NCBI GenBank assembly: GCA_004431415.1
Contig: QPMI01000396.1
Coordinates: 49,105 to 113,104, forward strand
Length of the DNA: 64,000 nt
Reading direction: 5' to 3'
DNA from: Cyanophora paradoxa CCMP329
Taxonomy: Eukaryota; Plantae; Glaucophyta
In this document: in pieces, positions 30,860 to 44,367 of the stretch
How the letters are laid out: every line of letters begins with the position of its first letter
How positions within the stretch are numbered: position 1 is the stretch's first letter
Position numbers and translations under genes: made by a program
The notes under the pieces: generated by a model
The model's input: the letters and a program-made list of their open reading frames with translations, nothing else
Database searches by the model: none
What the model was told of the DNA's origin: nothing

Positions 30860-33687
30860 ACGCGCTGGGCGGCGGCGGGGGAGGCCATGTACGAGAGCAT
30901 CACCCCAAAGTTCGTCACCTGAGCCGTCCCCGCTCATGATCAGCAGCGGCCCCCGAGGAGGGGCTGCGGGAGGGGGAGCGGGTGGGGGAGTGGGCGGGTG
31001 GACTGGGGCTCCCATCGGACGTCAAAGAGTGCTGGGGGTCGGGGCGCGCTCGAGTACTATTCACCCCAACTAGAGCTCCTTTGTCCGTCCCGGCGGGGCA
31101 GGGCGGGGGTGCGGGCGCACGGGGATGCCGAGCTCCTTGCAGTCGTCGATGCGCGCCACGATCTTCTGCTTGTCCACCATGCAGCCCCCGCAGTGGATCA
31201 CTGCCCGCCCCCTCGAGTCAGACGGGCAAGGGGGGGGGGGGGGGGGGGGGGGGGGGCAAGGGGAGAGGGGCACGCGCCCATGGAGTAGTCCTTGAGCTCG
31301 CTCGCGGGGAACTCCCGCCCGAAGGCGTGGTCCACCTTCACCACGTCCTGCGCGCGCCCGACTCGAGGGCCTGGGGGGACGAGGGGGGGGGGGCGGGGGG
31401 GGGGTACACGCGCACCTTCCCGTACATGCTCTCGATCTTGCGGGGCAGCTGGCAGGTGCCTGCGGGCGGGGCGGAGGGGGCAGGGGACGGGCACGTCGGC
31501 ACGGTTCGCTCGACCTCCCGCTCCTGCAGGGGGGTACGCCGCACTTATGTCGGCGCAGACTTCGACGGAGAGGCGGTTGTGGTTGCACGCCTCCGCGATC
31601 AGGACCTGCCGGGTCAAATTAGAGAGAACGAGAGAGACAAGAAGCGCAGTTGGCGGCTAAGGCGGCTCTACGCTCACCTTGTCGCCCTGCCGCAGCCGCG
31701 CGAGTTGCTGCAGCCGAACTCAGCCGGGAAGGGGGGGGGGGAAAGGGGGGGGAGGTGGGGAGTGGGAGCGGGCCTGGAGCCCGTCGGCGAACTCGCGTAT
31801 CCTCCCCCCGCTCAGGTCGTTGATCATCACGATCGAGAAGGTCGTCAGGTCCGCGTTCGGGAACTAACACAGAGGTAAGGGCAGAAGCGTCGCCGGGGGG
31901 TAGGAGGAGGAAGCGGGCTAGGTGACCTTCGCGGGGTCGAGCCAGGGGTGGACCAGGTCCATGGCCTGCCGGTGCGCCGGGTGAGCGGGGGGAGGAAGCG
32001 GCCGCGGGGTACAGCGGGCGGGGGCGCCTGGCTGTCGGTGATGACGAGGGCGGGGTCGGCGGCCCTCACGGCGGCCTCGAAGCGGGCCCGCTCCTTCGCC
32101 ACCGCCGCCGCATCCTGCCACAGCGCCTCAGAGAGCCGTAGAGTGAGGGAGGAGGGGGGTACGCCGCGCTCGCCTTGGAGCGCCCGGCGGCCAGGTCCAG
32201 CCGGAACGCCACCGTGGTCGTGTAGTGCGAGAGGCAGAACTCCTGGACCCGCGCCTGTACCCCCCTCCCGGGGTCGCCCGGGGCGCGGCGGGGGGCGGCG
32301 GGCGGCGGGTGGGCGGGGGGCACCTGCGGCCTGAGGAGGCGGCCGGATGGCGTCTCCGCGTCCATGGGTACCACCATGAAGACCGTCTGCCGTGACGTCA
32401 CGGGTGAGGGGACGGGCGGGGGGTACGGAGGCGGCCCGGGGCACCTTATCGGGTCCCATGTAACGGGGGGGGATGAGCGGCGGGCTCTTGACGGCGCCCC
32501 GCTGCGTCACGATGATTCAGGGGAATGTGGGGAGAGGGAAAGGGAGGGGGGGGGAAGAGGGGGAGGGGGGTAAGGAGAAGCGGCAGGGGTACGGCAGGGC
32601 GCGCCTGGTACTCAGATTCGATGAAGTCGACGACGGCCTGCATATTTCCCGGCTGGTTGAGCTTCACTCGGAGGGCCGGCAGGCCCAGGTACTCCGCCCG
32701 CTCCGTGTACCCCGGCCCCGACCACTTCGGGTCCCCCCCGAACTCGTTCAAAAGCACGAGGATCTTCTTCTCCCTCCGCTTCGCAACCTGCGCACCCCGG
32801 CCCCGCGGCTCGGCTCGGCGTGCCCCAAAACGCGGTCCACGGACGGGTGCGCACGTCGAGGATCTCCATGTCGTACTCGGAGTGGCCGACCCGCGGGTTC
32901 ACCACGAGCACCTGCGCCGGGCCGCGCCGCGCAAAGCCGCGCTCAGATTCGCGCTCATCCGAGGCGGGGTGCGCGGCGCACGACGACGTCGCTCTCCTTG
33001 GCGGCGTTGACGGACTTCTCGCGCTTCTTCTCGCCGAGGAGGCCGCGCTCGTCGAGGCCGGCCGTGTCGAAGATCTTCGCGGGGCCCAGCGCGTGCATCT
33101 CCATCAGGGCCGCCTTCACGTCCGCCGTCGTCCCCGGCGTCGAGTCCACGATCGACGTGTTCGACTGCGTTCTGGCGGCCCCCTCGAGCTTCAGCGCCCC
33201 TCGTCACGGCGCCTCCCTCGGCGCGGCGCGTCCCTTCGGGGCGGGAGCAGAGGCCGGGGCACTCACATCAGGTTCATGAGCGACGACTTGCCCACGTTCA
33301 TGGAGCCGAATATTCCAATGTTGACCCGCGGCGTCTGCGTCGAGGCGAGCGGCCTGCGAGGGCCGCGCTCAGCGGCGAGCGTAGGGGCGCCAGGAGCATT
33401 TGCGCTGCCGAAGACATGCGGCTCCTATCGCGTACGCGCGGCAGAAGGGGCGGCGGCTCGCGAGCTCACCCGCCAGGCGGCTTCGGCGCGGCCTGGGCAT
33501 GGGCGCTTGGCGCCTGGTGAGCGGCGAATGCTGTCGCCGAGGACACCAGGAACCTTCTGCTGAGCAGCGCGCTCCCCACGAGGCGCGCGACCTGCAGCAT
33601 GCCCGGCCGCGGAACGACCGAGGCCGCCCCGAAGACCAGCGGCGCCGTCGCTCTGCTCAGCGCTCGTGCGAGCACGGGGGACGCCAT
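30860..33687 (-). CDS. hydF: [FeFe]-hydrogenase H-cluster maturation GTPase HydF (multi-exon; 3' end uncertain, may extend to ~30375)
   Basis: Exons RVNIGIFGSMNVGKSSLMN, DSTPGTTAD, DTAGLDE, VVPMDAETPSGRLLRPQ, LVITDSQ, LTTFSI, IAEACNH, VIHCGGCM, VTNFGV; the CxH...HCxxC cluster motif is present. Confidence 0.92.
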
Positions 33688-34104
33688 CCTCGTTCAGGAC
33701 GCCCGACTTCGTCACACGATGCCTGTACCCCTATTGGCTGCCAGCGGCCAGCGAGTGCCCGGCCGCAGCGCGCGCAGCCCCGCCGCAGCCGGGGCGTGTG
33801 CCGCCCGGCAGCGCTAGCTGCCCACCCGGCCGGAAGCCGCCGCAATCGAATCTAATGCCGCGCAGGCATGCGCAGGCCGTGACCCGCGCATTCCGGGATC
33901 CATATCTATGCATCTGATGCGCGCATTCCATATGCATCCATATCTGATCCGCGCAGACCTCGCGCAGAGCGCTGCCAGGTTGGGCAAAGCCTCCGGGATC
34001 GGGCTACCGCAGCTATAGCTATAGATCTAGATAGCTAGCGCTTGCGCTGGACCTTAAGCTTCACCTCGCGATCCAAGCCCGGTGGCCCTGGACCTGCAAG
34101 AAGC

Positions 34105-35998
34105 CTAGGCGGGGGCGGGCGCGTCGGGGCGGCGGAGCTTGTAGGCGACGACCGCGCGGAAAGGGTCCCCCGTCCCCCCCGCCACGCCCCGCAGGATCCC
34201 CATCTGCAACGCCGCGGATCATGAGCCCGCAGACGGCAGAGGCGTCGGCGGCCGGCAGCGCGACGGCCCGCCTGCTCGAGGATCTGCTTGTAGAGGGGCG
34301 GCGCCGCCGCCGTCCCGTCGCTGTGGATCACCTCTGCAGCGGAGGGCGGGCATCATTCAACACGGGAAGCATCAACAGGCGAGAGAAGGGTTCGTGCGCA
34401 CCGGGGTCTGTGAAGCCGGGTACGGCGCGGAAATAGCTCCGCACGAGGTTCGCCCGGCCCCGCATCCCGCTCTCCCGCCAAGCCTGTGCCCGGGGTATGG
34501 ATCGCCGGGGGGTAACAAAAAGCAGGGCTCGGGAGAGGGGTACGCGCCTCGATGGCCTTCGTCCAGAACATCCGATCGCTGAAGGAGACGATGAAGACGC
34601 CTCCGGGCCTGGAGGGGGGTACAGTGAGGAGGCGCAGAGATCCAGCAGGGGTACAACGCCCGCACTTGAGGACGCGGTACACCTCCGCGAACACCTGCTC
34701 GGGGTACTGCAGATACTGCGGGGAGGGGGTTCGGCGTCAGGAGGGACGTGGGTACGAGACCGGGCGGGGAGGGGGGTACCTGAATGGAGACGCAGCAGAG
34801 AACGGCGTCGAACGATTCGTCCTCCAGCGGCAGCTTCTGGTTCTTGTTCAGGTTCTGGCGGGGGTACGGGTGAGCGGGAGCATGCTGAAGGGGGGTACGC
34901 CATCGATATCGCTCGGGAGTGGTACCTGGTTGAAGTTCTCGTCGAGGCGGGGGTTGCGCGCGAGCTCCGCTGTGCCCAGCCGACGTCAGACGGAAAGACG
35001 AACAGGAAAAAAATGGACGAGAAGGCGTACCCAGGTTGAGGCCGTGCCCGACGACCTTGCCGTACTGCACGTCCTCCGGCAGGTGCGAGACCCACGAGCT
35101 GCGCGGGGTACGCGTTCAGGAGAGGCGGGGCGGGGGCGCGAGGGGCGGCGCGCCTGCAGAGGTCGAGGACGGCAGCGCCGGGGGGCAGCCGCTCGCGGTA
35201 AAGGTCGGTGAGGCGCGCGATGAACCCGTCGTCCACGTGCGTCACGAAGCGCTGCCGAGGGCCCAGGCTTCAGCTTCGTCGAAGTCTGGAGCCGAGGCTT
35301 CAAGGTGTCGCTGGGCTATAGCGCCGGGCTTAGCTGGCCATGGGCCCGCAAAGCCCAAAGCTGGAGCGGGGAGCTCTCGCCCTCGGAGCGCTAGCTGGGC
35401 GCGCTAGCGCTCGAAGCGAAGCCCAAAGCTGCCGATGGGCGCGCTAGCGCCGGGAATGGGCTGGGGCGGGGCGGGGCGGCGCGGGGCGCACCGGCGTCAG
35501 GTAGAATAGGCCGTCGTCCCTCGGGTCCAGCTTGTCGCGCAGGCGCTCTGACAGAACCTGCGCACGCAGCGCGCCGGCGCGCGCCTCAGGGGCCATGCGC
35601 ATGATGGGACGGTGGCTCGATGGGCGCGCGCTCGCCTGACGGGCTGGGGTTTCTGCCGAGCACACCGCTCCGTACGTCTGAGAGGGGGCCCGCCGCGGCG
35701 TCGGAGGCTCGAAAGCCGCCGCCGCGCCGAAGGAGCGCGACGCGTGCCAGCCGAGTCCGTCGGCCGGGCCAGCACGGGAGATCTGCCTCCGCGCACGGAT
35801 GCGGTCAGTGTCCCGAGGCGCCGCCGCGCACGTCGACGCCGTCGGCGCGTGCGCGCCCCGCGGAGCTGCGCGAGGGGGCCGAGCTGTCAGGCACGTGCGG
35901 GGCCGGGCGAAGCGCCCACGCAAGCTCCAGCACTCAGAAGCTCCGTCACGCTCACCCGCGGGGCGCAGGGCGACCGCGGAGCTGGCGAAGGAGGTCAT
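34105..35998 (-). CDS. Class I SAM-dependent methyltransferase (type 11, cyanobacterial/plant-like), probably plastid-targeted, multi-exon
   Basis: KLDPRDDGLFY, THVDDGFI, VLDLC-SSWVSHLP, NPRLD, LPLEDESFDAVLCCVSIQYLQYP, RVLKPGG, SFSDRMFWTKAI, DPFRAV; N-terminus MTSFASSAV. Confidence 0.88.
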
Positions 35999-36075
35999 TC
36001 TTCCGCCGGGTACAGACTTAATCCTCCAAGAAGCCGGTCGCCCAGAACCGCCGTACGCGTCAGGCGCCCGCAGCG

Positions 36076-37869
36076 ATGGACCAGCTGCAGCTCGCCAAGG
36101 CGGCGAAGGCGGTCGCGACGAGTGACGTTCTGCTGATTGCGGCGGGCGCCGGCTTCAGCGCCGACTCGGGGCTGCCGACTTACGCTGGCATCGACGACAT
36201 GGAGCCCTACAAGAGCATGGGCATCACGTGTGCACGCGCCACCGCTCAGCTGCAGAGATCGCGCTTCGAATTGGCGGTCTCTCGCTCACGCTGAGCGCAG
36301 CTACGACAGGGACCTGTGTAACCCTGGGAAGCTCTTCGAGCGGGATCCGTCCCTATGGCTTGGCTTCTGGGCGAATTGCTGGAACGACTTCAGCGCCGCG
36401 ACCCCGCACGAAGGCTACGAGATCTGCAGAAGGCGCTTGCGCGACGCGCGCGCGCCGCCCGCGGCCGGCCGAACGTCGAAGAAGCATCTGACGCCCTCGC
36501 GCGCAGGTGGAGCGATGATTACTTGCGGAGGAGTCCGCTGCATGCGGACATTGTGGCGGGCCAGCGACCCGGCGGGGCGGGCCGCGGGCGGGCCACCGCG
36601 GGGCGGCAGGCGCGCGCATCTAAGCGCGCCGCGCGGAGCTGCGGCGAGGAGCCCAGCGCCCCCCCTCCCGACGCCGCGCCCCCTGCCCCCGTTGAGGACG
36701 GCGCCCCCGGGGCGGCCATGGTGCCCCGTACCCTCCGACGCCCACCTCGCCCAGTCGAACCCGTACCCCCCAGGTGTACACGACGAATGTCGACGGGTTC
36801 TTCGTGAGGTTCGGGATACGGCTCCCCGCTTTGCCCCGCAACCCCGCCCGACCCGCCTGACCCGCGGGCTCCGCAGGACGTTCCCGGAACACATGGTACC
36901 CCCCTCCCCCGACACGCTCTCCCATTTCACCCTAAAATGGCGTCCCCCGAAGGTCTACGAGCGGCACGGTACCCTGGCGACCTGGCAGTGCGCGGCGCGT
37001 CCGGCGGGGGGGAAGGATCTGAGCGCGGCCGAGCGCAAGCGCAAGCGGGCGTCCCTCCTGCGGCTGCCGTGGAGCCACCGCTTCGGGGTGGACGCGGCGA
37101 CCCGGCGCCTCGCCGACCCGCCGCTCTGCTCCTGCTGTGCCCGGCCCATGCGCCCCTGCGTCATGATGTTCGGGTACAGCCCCGCTTCCTCTCACCCCCC
37201 CCCCCCCCCAATCCTCCCCTTCCTCCTCATTTATTTACCCCCTCCCGCCCTCCCTCTTCCCGGCAGGGACAAGGCCTGGGTAGGGGCGCGGGAGGGCGCC
37301 GAGCAGGCGTACGAAGCGTGGCGGTACCCCCATCCCTTCCCTCGCCTTTCTTCCAGCCCATTTACGCATACCCCCAAGGGAGCTCGCGATCGAGGCGGTG
37401 CTGGGGCGCCGCGGCTCGCGCCTCTGCGTCCTGGAGCTCGGCGCCGGTACCCCCTCCTGCTCTCCGCCCCACGTACCCCCTTTGAACCTCCCCCCCCCCA
37501 GGGACACGGGTACCGACGCTGAGGAAGGACGTGGAGTACCTCGTGGACGTCCTCGAGGAGACGGGGCAGGCGCGGGCGGCCTGCGGATCCCCGTACCCCT
37601 CCGAACGCGTCTGATCTGATTTGCAGGCGGTGGTGGTGCGGGTGAACGCGGAGGGGGACGGGGACTGGGGGCCCCGGTACGCGGACTGCACAGTGACGGT
37701 CTGCGCCCGCCTCCGCCGCCCCGCCGCCCCGCCCGCCGGTCGCCTCGTTTGATCCCCGCCGGCGCACCAGGTCAAGGCGGGAGCGCTGGAGGCTCTGAGG
37801 CAAATGGACCGTCTGATCGCGGCCGGCGACGGGTATACGTACGGCACGCGGCCGCAGCGAGCCGCGTAG
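36076..37869 (+). CDS. Sir2-family NAD-dependent deacylase (bacterial-like sirtuin), multi-exon
   Basis: AGAGFSADSGLPTY, WLGFW, PHEGY, YTTNVDG, ERHG...WQC, CSCC..PMRPCVMMFG, VLELGAG, VRVN. Confidence 0.88.
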
Positions 37870-38819
37870 GCTTCTCGGTTTGATCATGACGATTTCGAAT
37901 GAAGAAACTTGAAATAATTTCGCGATCGAGCGGCCCCGCACATGCATGCGCACCGCGGACGGCGACGCCGCCGGCCCCGCGCGCCGGGCGCCCGGCCGGC
38001 CTGTATGCGCACCGCCCCCGGCCCGGCCCCGGCCGGGCCGCACCGCATGCTAATCAGAAGCGCTAGACGTAAATGTTTAAATGGAAATAAATGTAGATGT
38101 ACATACGCGCCACGCGGCCATGGCCAGCTGCAGGCGTAGGGACCGGCCCCGGCCGGGCTCTCCGGATCCGGATATCAGTCATGCGCTATTGAAGCGCTAA
38201 TCAGAAGCGCTAGACGTAACTGTACAAGCTGCAGGCGTAGGGCCGGGGCGCGGCGCGGCGCGCGCGAGGGGCGAGCTGCTGAGGGGACAGGCGCATGCGC
38301 AGCTGCAGTGCCAATCCGAGCTTCCAACTGAGGCTGCAGGCTGCAGCTGGCTCGAAGCGACGAGCCCGCGGCCGGCCCGAATGCACACTGTCGCGGACCC
38401 GAAAAGACGCGGCCCGCCGCAAGTACCCCTCCCGAGGTCTGCCCCCCCTCCCGGGACCCAGCAGCTGTTGCCGTCCCCGATCGCCGCGGAGTGACCAGCT
38501 GCATGCGCCCAGGCTCGTGGATTGCGGAATCAGCTCGCCCCGCGCGCGCTGAGCGCAAGCCGTAGCGGCGTCGAAGATCCGGAGATTTGCACTCCGAGAA
38601 GCGAGCTTCGGCTGCTTCGGCTGTAGTTCGATTTCACAATCGCATCTGGCAGCGTTGGTCACCTCGATCCGCCAGCGCCACCAGCCGTGCTCAAACCCGC
38701 GCGCAGCGAAGCACTTTACGAGCCTCCGAGAAAGGGCCAAGCAAAGCGTGGCCCGATCATCGGATCCAGCGGATCATTCCAGCACCATCAAGCAACACAG
38801 ACTAGCGCACTCAAAGGCC

Positions 38820-41800
38820 ATGGCTAGCGCAAGGGTCCTTGTCGCGGTTGTTCTGGTCCTTGTCCTCGCGACGGGCGAGGCGGCGCGGGCCCACCGGCAC
38901 GATCACCGGGAAAGTCGCCGCGCACATGCCCGTGCCCTCCGCGCGGAAGCCGCCGCCGCCGCCCCCGCCCCATCGTCCGAATCCGCGGCCACCGCGCCGG
39001 CTGCATCCGTCGCCCCGATCCGTGCGCCCCGCTCTGCTTCCCCTGCCGCGGCCGGGTGACCGCGGCGCGCAGGCCCGGCGACTCGCTGCACGGCGAAGCT
39101 GCCGCCGGGGATGCAGCGGACCGTCCCGGGAAACCACACCGCGCGGCCCCAGAACATGAGCCCCGAGCAGGCCCGCAGCCTTGCCCCGCACGCTCCGGCG
39201 GGCCCGCCCCCTGTCTCATCCTCGCTTACGTTTGGCTCCGCAGGTGCTGGCGTTCGTGGCTGCGGCGAATCCGACGTTCGTGGACCCGCGCTTCTCCACC
39301 CACCACTGCATCGGCACGTACCCCTCCCTCCTGCGCCCCTGCCCCTCTGATCCCTCTAACCCCCTTCGCCACAGACGGCCGGCACGAGGCCGGGGGGGTG
39401 CACACCCCCGGGGGCGACATCTCCGAGTTCCTCCTCGCCCTGGCGGGGTATCAGGAGTCCGCCCTCGGCGGCGCTGCCCTCTCCGAGGAACACGTACGTG
39501 CCACGTACCCCGCACCCTCCCCCCCCCGGATCTCATCCGGATACAGGTTTATGAAATGATGGTCGCGTTCATCGACGCGTACGCCGTTCCCGGCGAGGCG
39601 CGCCCCGTGTCCCGTACCCCCCCTCTCTCTCTTTCTTCCCCTGAGCCCCATCGCAGCGCCCCTTCTACATGCACACGGATCACCACGCCGACGCGGTACC
39701 CCCCTCTCTTCCCGCCCCCTCGCTTCTTCCTCGCCCCCCCCCCCCCCCCCCCCCTCACTTCAGGGGGGCAGTACATGCGGACGGCGGCGGGGGTGGACGC
39801 GGCGTACAGTTTCGCGAAGGCCCCCGCGGGAGACCGGGATCGCCTCCTGTCCTTCGCATCCGACCCCGCGACCGTCGGTGTGCCGCGGGCCGCCTGCTCG
39901 GCCAGTCGCGCCCGTCCGCTGACGTCGGCTCGGCTTGTCGCCGCGCAGGCTGCGGGCACCTCAAGCGGACGCTGCAGCACCCCGACGTGTACCACACGCC
40001 GGCGGCGCTGACGGCGAACGTGCTGCGCGCCTTCTGGCGCGCCCTGTGGCGCGACTCGGACGCCGGCACCGGAGCCGTGACGCTGCACACCTTCCACGAG
40101 GACGCGAACGAAGGGTCCGGGCGCCCGAGCCGGCCAGAGCTCGCCCGAGCTGAGCCCGGCTGACGCGCGCCGGCAGGGCGATGGTGGTGGTGACGGGCGC
40201 GGCGTGCGGCGACTCGGTGATGACGTTCAACCCCAAGGTGGCCGGCATGGGCCAGGCGCGTCCCTCTCCTTCAAACTTGGACTGTGCACGAACGCGCCGC
40301 TGAGTTCGCGGGGCCGGGGCGGGGGCGCAGGTGCTGGTGTACCAGCCGGAGGCCCCGCGGCACCTGCGGCAGACCCTCGCGCGCTTCCTCTGCGACCGCC
40401 GCCCCGCCCTCGCCGCCGACGCCGCCTGCTCGTGCGCTTCGCGTTAGCTTGCGGCGCCCCCCCTCGCCCTCCCTGACGGGCGGCCTCCAGGGTGGCCGCC
40501 GTGCGCTCCGCCATGGACAAGATCTTCGCCGCCGGGCTCACCAGCACCGTCCGGTGCGCTCTGCTCCATCCTCCTGGAGCTTCTTCGCCGCTCGCTCTGA
40601 GCGTACCCGGCTCTCCCGCCTGCGCAGGGCGGTGGCGGCGGACATGCCGCAGGACGCGCTGGCGGCCTCGGCCGAGGCGCAGTTCGCCGGGGTGCAGACG
40701 GGGGAGCCGGCGCCGCCGGAGAGCGCCGCGGCGGCCGCCGACGCGGCGTACCTCAGCGCGGGCGGCAACCTCGGATGCTCCGTCACCGACGCCACCGCCC
40801 AGGCGAGCGCCCCGCTGCGCCATCGAGCTCGAGCTCGTGCTTAAGCCTTGAATAAAGCCGCTTGAGCTTCCAAGCCCAAGCTAGTACCCGAGCTCACGCG
40901 TCGCTCGCGCTGCTCCTCGAGCCGCCTTATGCGATCAAGCCCGCGCCTGACGGCGGGCGCCCTCGGCAGACGCTGGTCGCGGCCGGCTCGCCGTCGAACG
41001 GGTGGCGGGTGCTGAGCCAGCAGCACGCGGCGGCGCTGGTTGCCGCCGGCCCCGCCTTTGTCCCCGCCGAAGGCTTCACCTTCTCCTGCATCGGTACCCC
41101 CGCCGAAGGCTTCACCTCTCCTGCGCCCCGCTGCTTCGGCGAGCCGCGGCCGCTGAGCGCCCCCCGTGGACCGGCAGACGGGCGGTCGCAGAAGGCGGTG
41201 CTGGGGACGCCCGGCGGCTCCTTCTCCGAGTTCCTCCTCGCCCTCGGCGCCCACGTCGCCGCCGGCGTGAGTTCGGCCCCTCTCTTTTGGCCGGAGCTTG
41301 GGCTCTAGCTAGCTAGCGAGAGCGTTCTTCGAGCTCCCCTTTCCTCCACCTCTGCGCCTGGCCGCGGGCCTGACGGCGCCGCCCCGCCCCGCCCCGCCCC
41401 GGCCCGCGCGCAGCTCGTGGTTGCGGACGAGGACACGGTGCAGGCGCTGCTCGACGCCTACGCCGCCCAGTACGCCATCCCCTTCTACCGCCAGGTGCGC
41501 TCCCGCACCCTTCCCACCTCTTCTTCTGCTCCCCGCCCTCCCTCAGAGCTTCGGCCCCGGGCGCGCAGGTGTACATGCACTCGGACGCGGCGGCGGTGAA
41601 GGCGCTGGCGGCCAAGCTCGGGGCGGCCTCGCTCGACCTGGCGGCCCCGCCGGCGGCACTGCGGGCCCGCGTGCTCGCCCACGTGACGGACCCCGCCTAC
41701 GTCGGCTGCGAGCACCTCCGCCTCACCCTCCAGGCCCGCGCCCCCGCCCGCTCAGCCGCCGGGCTGCCCCTCCCTGACGGGGCGGCAGGAGCCCGGGGTG

Positions 41801-44037
41801 TACGGCGTGAACGGGACGGTGGCGCGCTGGGCGGTCCGGGCCTTCTTCCGCGCCCTCTGGGCCGACGTCGCCCGCGGCGCCGGCCGCTTCGCCTTCGAGG
41901 CCCGCCCCGCCCCGCCCCGCCCCGCCCCGCCCCGCCCGCCCGACTCCCGCGCCAACGTTAACCTCCTCCTCGGGGGCACAGGTGCTGGAGGGGGACCGGG
42001 TCGAGGGCGCCGTTGTCATGCTCTCCTCCGGCGGCTGCTCCGGCCGCGTGCGCCGCCTCGCACGGGCCCTTGGGCTTGGGCGCCCCTCGGGCCGCTCTGA
42101 GGGTGCCCTGTGTTCCGCAGGCGGCGGCCATCGCCCCGATGCGGCCCCCGATCACCGCGGGGAGCGCCCCCGCCCTCGGCGCCGGCTCGGTGCGCGCCGC
42201 CCGCCGCCCGCTCGTCCCTGTCATTCAATGCGATGCGACGGGCGCGCGGCGGCGGGCGCAGGCGCTGGTGTACCACTACCAGGACGTCCAGCCGCTCCGC
42301 GACTGGAACGCCGGCGTGCGTCCCCGCGCCCCGCGCCCCGCCCGCCGCCCCCCCTCCCCCCCTCCCCCCCCCTCCCCTCCCCCCCCGCGCCCCTCTCAAG
42401 CCCCGAGCCCCCGGCAGTTCTTCACGGAGTGGTTCAACCCGCGGCTGGCGAGCCCGACGGCGGGGGCCACCCGCGCCGGCCTCGCCGAGGTCATGGCCAA
42501 GCTCTTCACCCCGCAGGCCCGCCCCGCCCCGCCCCGCCCCGCCCCGCCCCGCCCCGCCGCGGCGCTCGCTCTGAGCCGGGTGCCCGCAGCTGGCGGCGAC
42601 GGCGCGGGCCATCTCCGGCGGCCTGCCGCAGTAGTGCGCCGGGGTCGCCGTCGGGCCCCACCCGACGCCGCTCGATGCGGTGGTCTCACGCACGCGGGCC
42701 CCCGCGCGCGCGCAGCTGGGCCTTCGTCTCCTCCTCGAACGACGCCCCGCTCCTGACGGCCCTCACCGCCGACGCCGCCGCCTCCGCAGGCGCCCCCGCC
42801 GCCGCCCGGCCCGCTCCGCGCGGCGGCTGATCGATACTGCATCGCGGGGCGCAGCGGCGGGGGCGGGGACGAAGGCCGGGGTGGAGCTCGCGATGCCGGC
42901 GTACGACTGCGGCGGCCTCTCCCTCGCCGCCTTCGAGGCCGTCAAGGACGGCCTCTCCAGGCGCGCGCGCGCGCTGCGGCCGGGTGCGCACGCGCATTCC
43001 GCATCCGATGGACTGACCTCGACGCCGCCGGCAGCATGCTCTCGATCAGCCGCTCGCGCGTGCTGCTGAGCAAGCTCCGCTGCACCATCTACACGAAGGC
43101 CTTCACCGGCCGCCGGTCCGCCCCCGCCCCCGACCTCGCCGCCCGCCCCGCGCCTGGCATCGACGCCAGAGCGCGCCGGGCCCGCAGGATCCTGGCGGCG
43201 GCGACGGGGGGCACGACGACGACGACGACGCCGACGATCGCGCCGGCGGGGACGGCGGCGGGGGCGACGGGGCGGGCGGTGCCGACGGTGGGCGTCGAGC
43301 TGCTGCCGCCGGCGGCCGGCTCGGGCGAGAAGAGCGTCGCGGAGGCGCTGGCCGCGATGAAGTCCGCCGCCGCCTCCACCCCCAACGGCCTCCTCTCCAT
43401 CCCGTGCCCGCCCCTCAAAAAGCAGCGCAATCCTTCCTCCCGTCACCATCCGCCTCGCTCGCAGCGGCGGCTACGCGGCCGACTTCGTGTACCCCTCTAC
43501 CACCAGTGCGCGGCGCTGCTCTTTGCCCCCTCCCGCTCTTACCCCCCTGGCAGGCAGCTCGAGCAGCGGGACGGCGACGATCGAGCTGGCGGCGTGGATG
43601 ATCCCCTCCACCTTCGCCGGTATCACACTGAGCACCATTGTCTCCCTCTGGTGGGTCAAGCGCCAGCAGCGCAAGAAGTACGTACCCCCCCGCCCGATCG
43701 AGCGTACCCCTGCTGATCCCGGACGTACAGGGAGAAGGAGAAGGCGCTCGAGGCCGAGCAGCAGAAGGCGGGGGGGGCATACCCCGGCATCCCGATCGTC
43801 ATCCCCGGGGGCGGAGAGTCGCGCCACGGGTCCACCTTCCGCGAGGCGGCTCCGGGCATGGGCCTGCGCCCCGTCACGCCGGGGCCGGGCGGAGCGGGGT
43901 ACAAGTCCGTCGACGTGGACCTCGACAGCGAGCGCGACGCGTACGGGCCGGGCAACGGCCCGGCGCGGGCCTACACGCCCCGCGGCCCCGGCACGCCCCG
44001 CGGCGTCCAGTTCCGAGGGACCCCCGACTACGTCTAA
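38820..44037 (+). CDS. Signal-peptide, single-TM protein with two zeta/beta carbonic-anhydrase-like domains, multi-exon
   Basis: Hydrophobic leader VLVAVVLVLVLA; two repeats of CI-DGR...TPGG..SEFLLAL...YMH(T/S)D...GC(G/E)HL; Thr-rich linker; TM WMIPSTFAGITLSTIVSLWWV followed by KRQQRKK. Confidence 0.7.
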
Positions 44038-44367
44038 GATGGACATCGCCCACTGGGCTACTAGTACTAGAATAACCGAGAACCGCGCGCTTGCCCGCGC
44101 GGCCCGGTGGCAGGCTAGCGCTATTACGCGAGTGTGTTCCCGGCCCGGTCGTACCATGATAAGTATTGTATGTATCTACAATTTAGCCGAACTTAGTTAA
44201 GCTCTGAAGATTGAGCTGGGTAAGTCCGCTGCGTAGCCGGCGCCTTCGAAGGCACTCCGGGCTCGAGGATCCAGGCTTCGCGCCCGAACTGCAATGCGCA
44301 TGTGTCAGCGCGACGGACCGCGCCGAACTTCGTAGATTTGTCGTAGATAGAACGACACTGCTACAAA

